DNA from: Mobula birostris
Lineage: Eukaryota
Assembly (NCBI RefSeq): GCF_030028105.1
Contig: NC_092371.1
Coordinates: 143,788,490-143,852,489 of the forward strand
Direction of reading: 5' to 3'
DNA length: 64,000 bases
This document shows, piece after piece, positions 63,180-64,000 of this stretch. Position numbers and translations under genes: made by a program. The notes beneath the pieces are model-generated. The model was not told where the DNA came from. It saw only the letters and a list, made by a program, of their open reading frames with translations, and made no database searches. Each line of letters opens with the position of its first letter. Within the stretch, counting starts at the first letter, position 1.

Positions 63180-63330
63180 GTGGCCCACTGGTGGTGCAGA
63201 GACATCAGTGCTGGACTCCACAGAGTAAGTCCCCAAGTTCGAACCCAGTCGGGCCGCTCCCGGGCACGCTTTCCATCTGTGCCGGGTTGAGTGTTGAGCT
63301 CCCAACTCAGCCTCGTAAAAAAAAACACTG
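63180..63330 (+). mobile_element. tRNA-derived SINE of a second family (related copy at about 50225-50468, minus)
   Basis: B-box GTTCGAACC and A-box-like TGGTGCAGAG; shared body CTTTCC...GTGC.GGG.TGAG...TGAGCT; A-rich run. Confidence 0.6.
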
Positions 63331-63481
63331 CGCTGTGAGAAGGACGTGGGGGACCACTCACAGAATCTTTCCTCCAAGACAACCACTTGAAAAAAGTGAT
63401 CGCCGAGGCTCTGGCAGAGTATGGCAGACACAAAAAAAGTGTTCCAGTGAAGCACATTTGATATATTTGTTCCATAAAATA

Positions 63482-63665
63482 CAGTGATCCCTAACCTCCG
63501 GGCCGCAGACCGATACCTTGCCGCGAAGAATGCAGCGGTGCAGCGGTAGCCAGAACGCACCCAACACACCTTTAAGAAAAAAGTCGAAATAAACAAGCTA
63601 ATTAATTAGGTGCCGCCCGGCATGTAAATGTCGGCCCAGCTCAGAGGCGATTGCCGATGGGTTGC
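63482..63665 (+). mobile_element. hAT (Charlie-like) transposon left end
   Basis: Starts CAGTGATCCCTAACCTCCGGGCCGCAGACCG, compare the hAT TIR CAGNGGTCCCCAAC. CpG-rich subterminal region; no right end seen. Confidence 0.55.
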
Positions 63666-64000
63666 AGTGGAGAACTGGGGCGAGATGAGAGAAATTAGAA
63701 AAACGAGTAAATCATAAATACAAGAGATTGCACAGATAGTGAAAATCCAGAGCAACACAGACGAAATGCTGGAGGAACTCAGGTCAGACAGCTTCTATGG
63801 AGAGGAACAAACAAGCAAAGTTTCGGGCTGATACCACTCATCAGGCTGGAAATTTGAGAACTGAACAATGGCTTCTTTATTATTTGTTCGGGCTTCTTCC
63901 CCTTTCCGTTCCAGTCCTGATGAAAGGACTCGCCCCATCTAAGCAAGAGCCAAGAAACAGCAAACCTGACTACTGAGCCTAGATTTCAGTCCAAAATTAA

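Noticed and set aside
63180-63260. tRNA gene
   Set aside because: Has A/B-box-like motifs but no complete cloverleaf, and continues into a SINE body; the same applies to the V-SINE heads.
1-64000. Strict antisense orientation bias of LINEs relative to orc3
   Set aside because: Young long copies are mostly antisense, but several large older CR1/L2 copies are sense; too few to support a claim.

Overview
Eukaryotic, repeat-rich vertebrate DNA. The HE1-like V-SINEs and CR1/Penelope families suggest a cartilaginous fish, probably a ray (inference). The whole window lies inside one minus-strand gene, orc3 (origin recognition complex subunit 3). I read 14 consecutive coding exons (equivalent to human exons 6-19) from 62527 down to 562. 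They total 1633 nt, stay in one open frame and have GT-AG boundaries; the first five exons and the last exon lie outside the window. The last visible intron starts with a U12 (minor spliceosome) donor, GTATCCTTT. The introns, especially a 27.1-kb one (642-27748), are filled with nested mobile DNA: two Tc1 elements, a solo LTR, CR1, L2, RTE and Rex1/Babar LINEs, V-SINEs, hAT ends and many Neptune-type Penelope-like element (PLE) copies. The most interesting non-obvious signal is PLE-associated: (i) minimal type-I hammerhead ribozyme motifs dispersed through the gene, two of them intact and in the sense of the orc3 pre-mRNA; (ii) a 3.2-kb inverted-arm PLE with a perfect 14-bp TSD; and (iii) a 168-bp foldback mini-element with the same termini and a degenerate 14-bp TSD. 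There are no prokaryotic features or CRISPR arrays. Most short ORFs in the track are repeat-derived or noise. Exon, TIR and TSD coordinates were counted by hand; old repeat boundaries are approximate.
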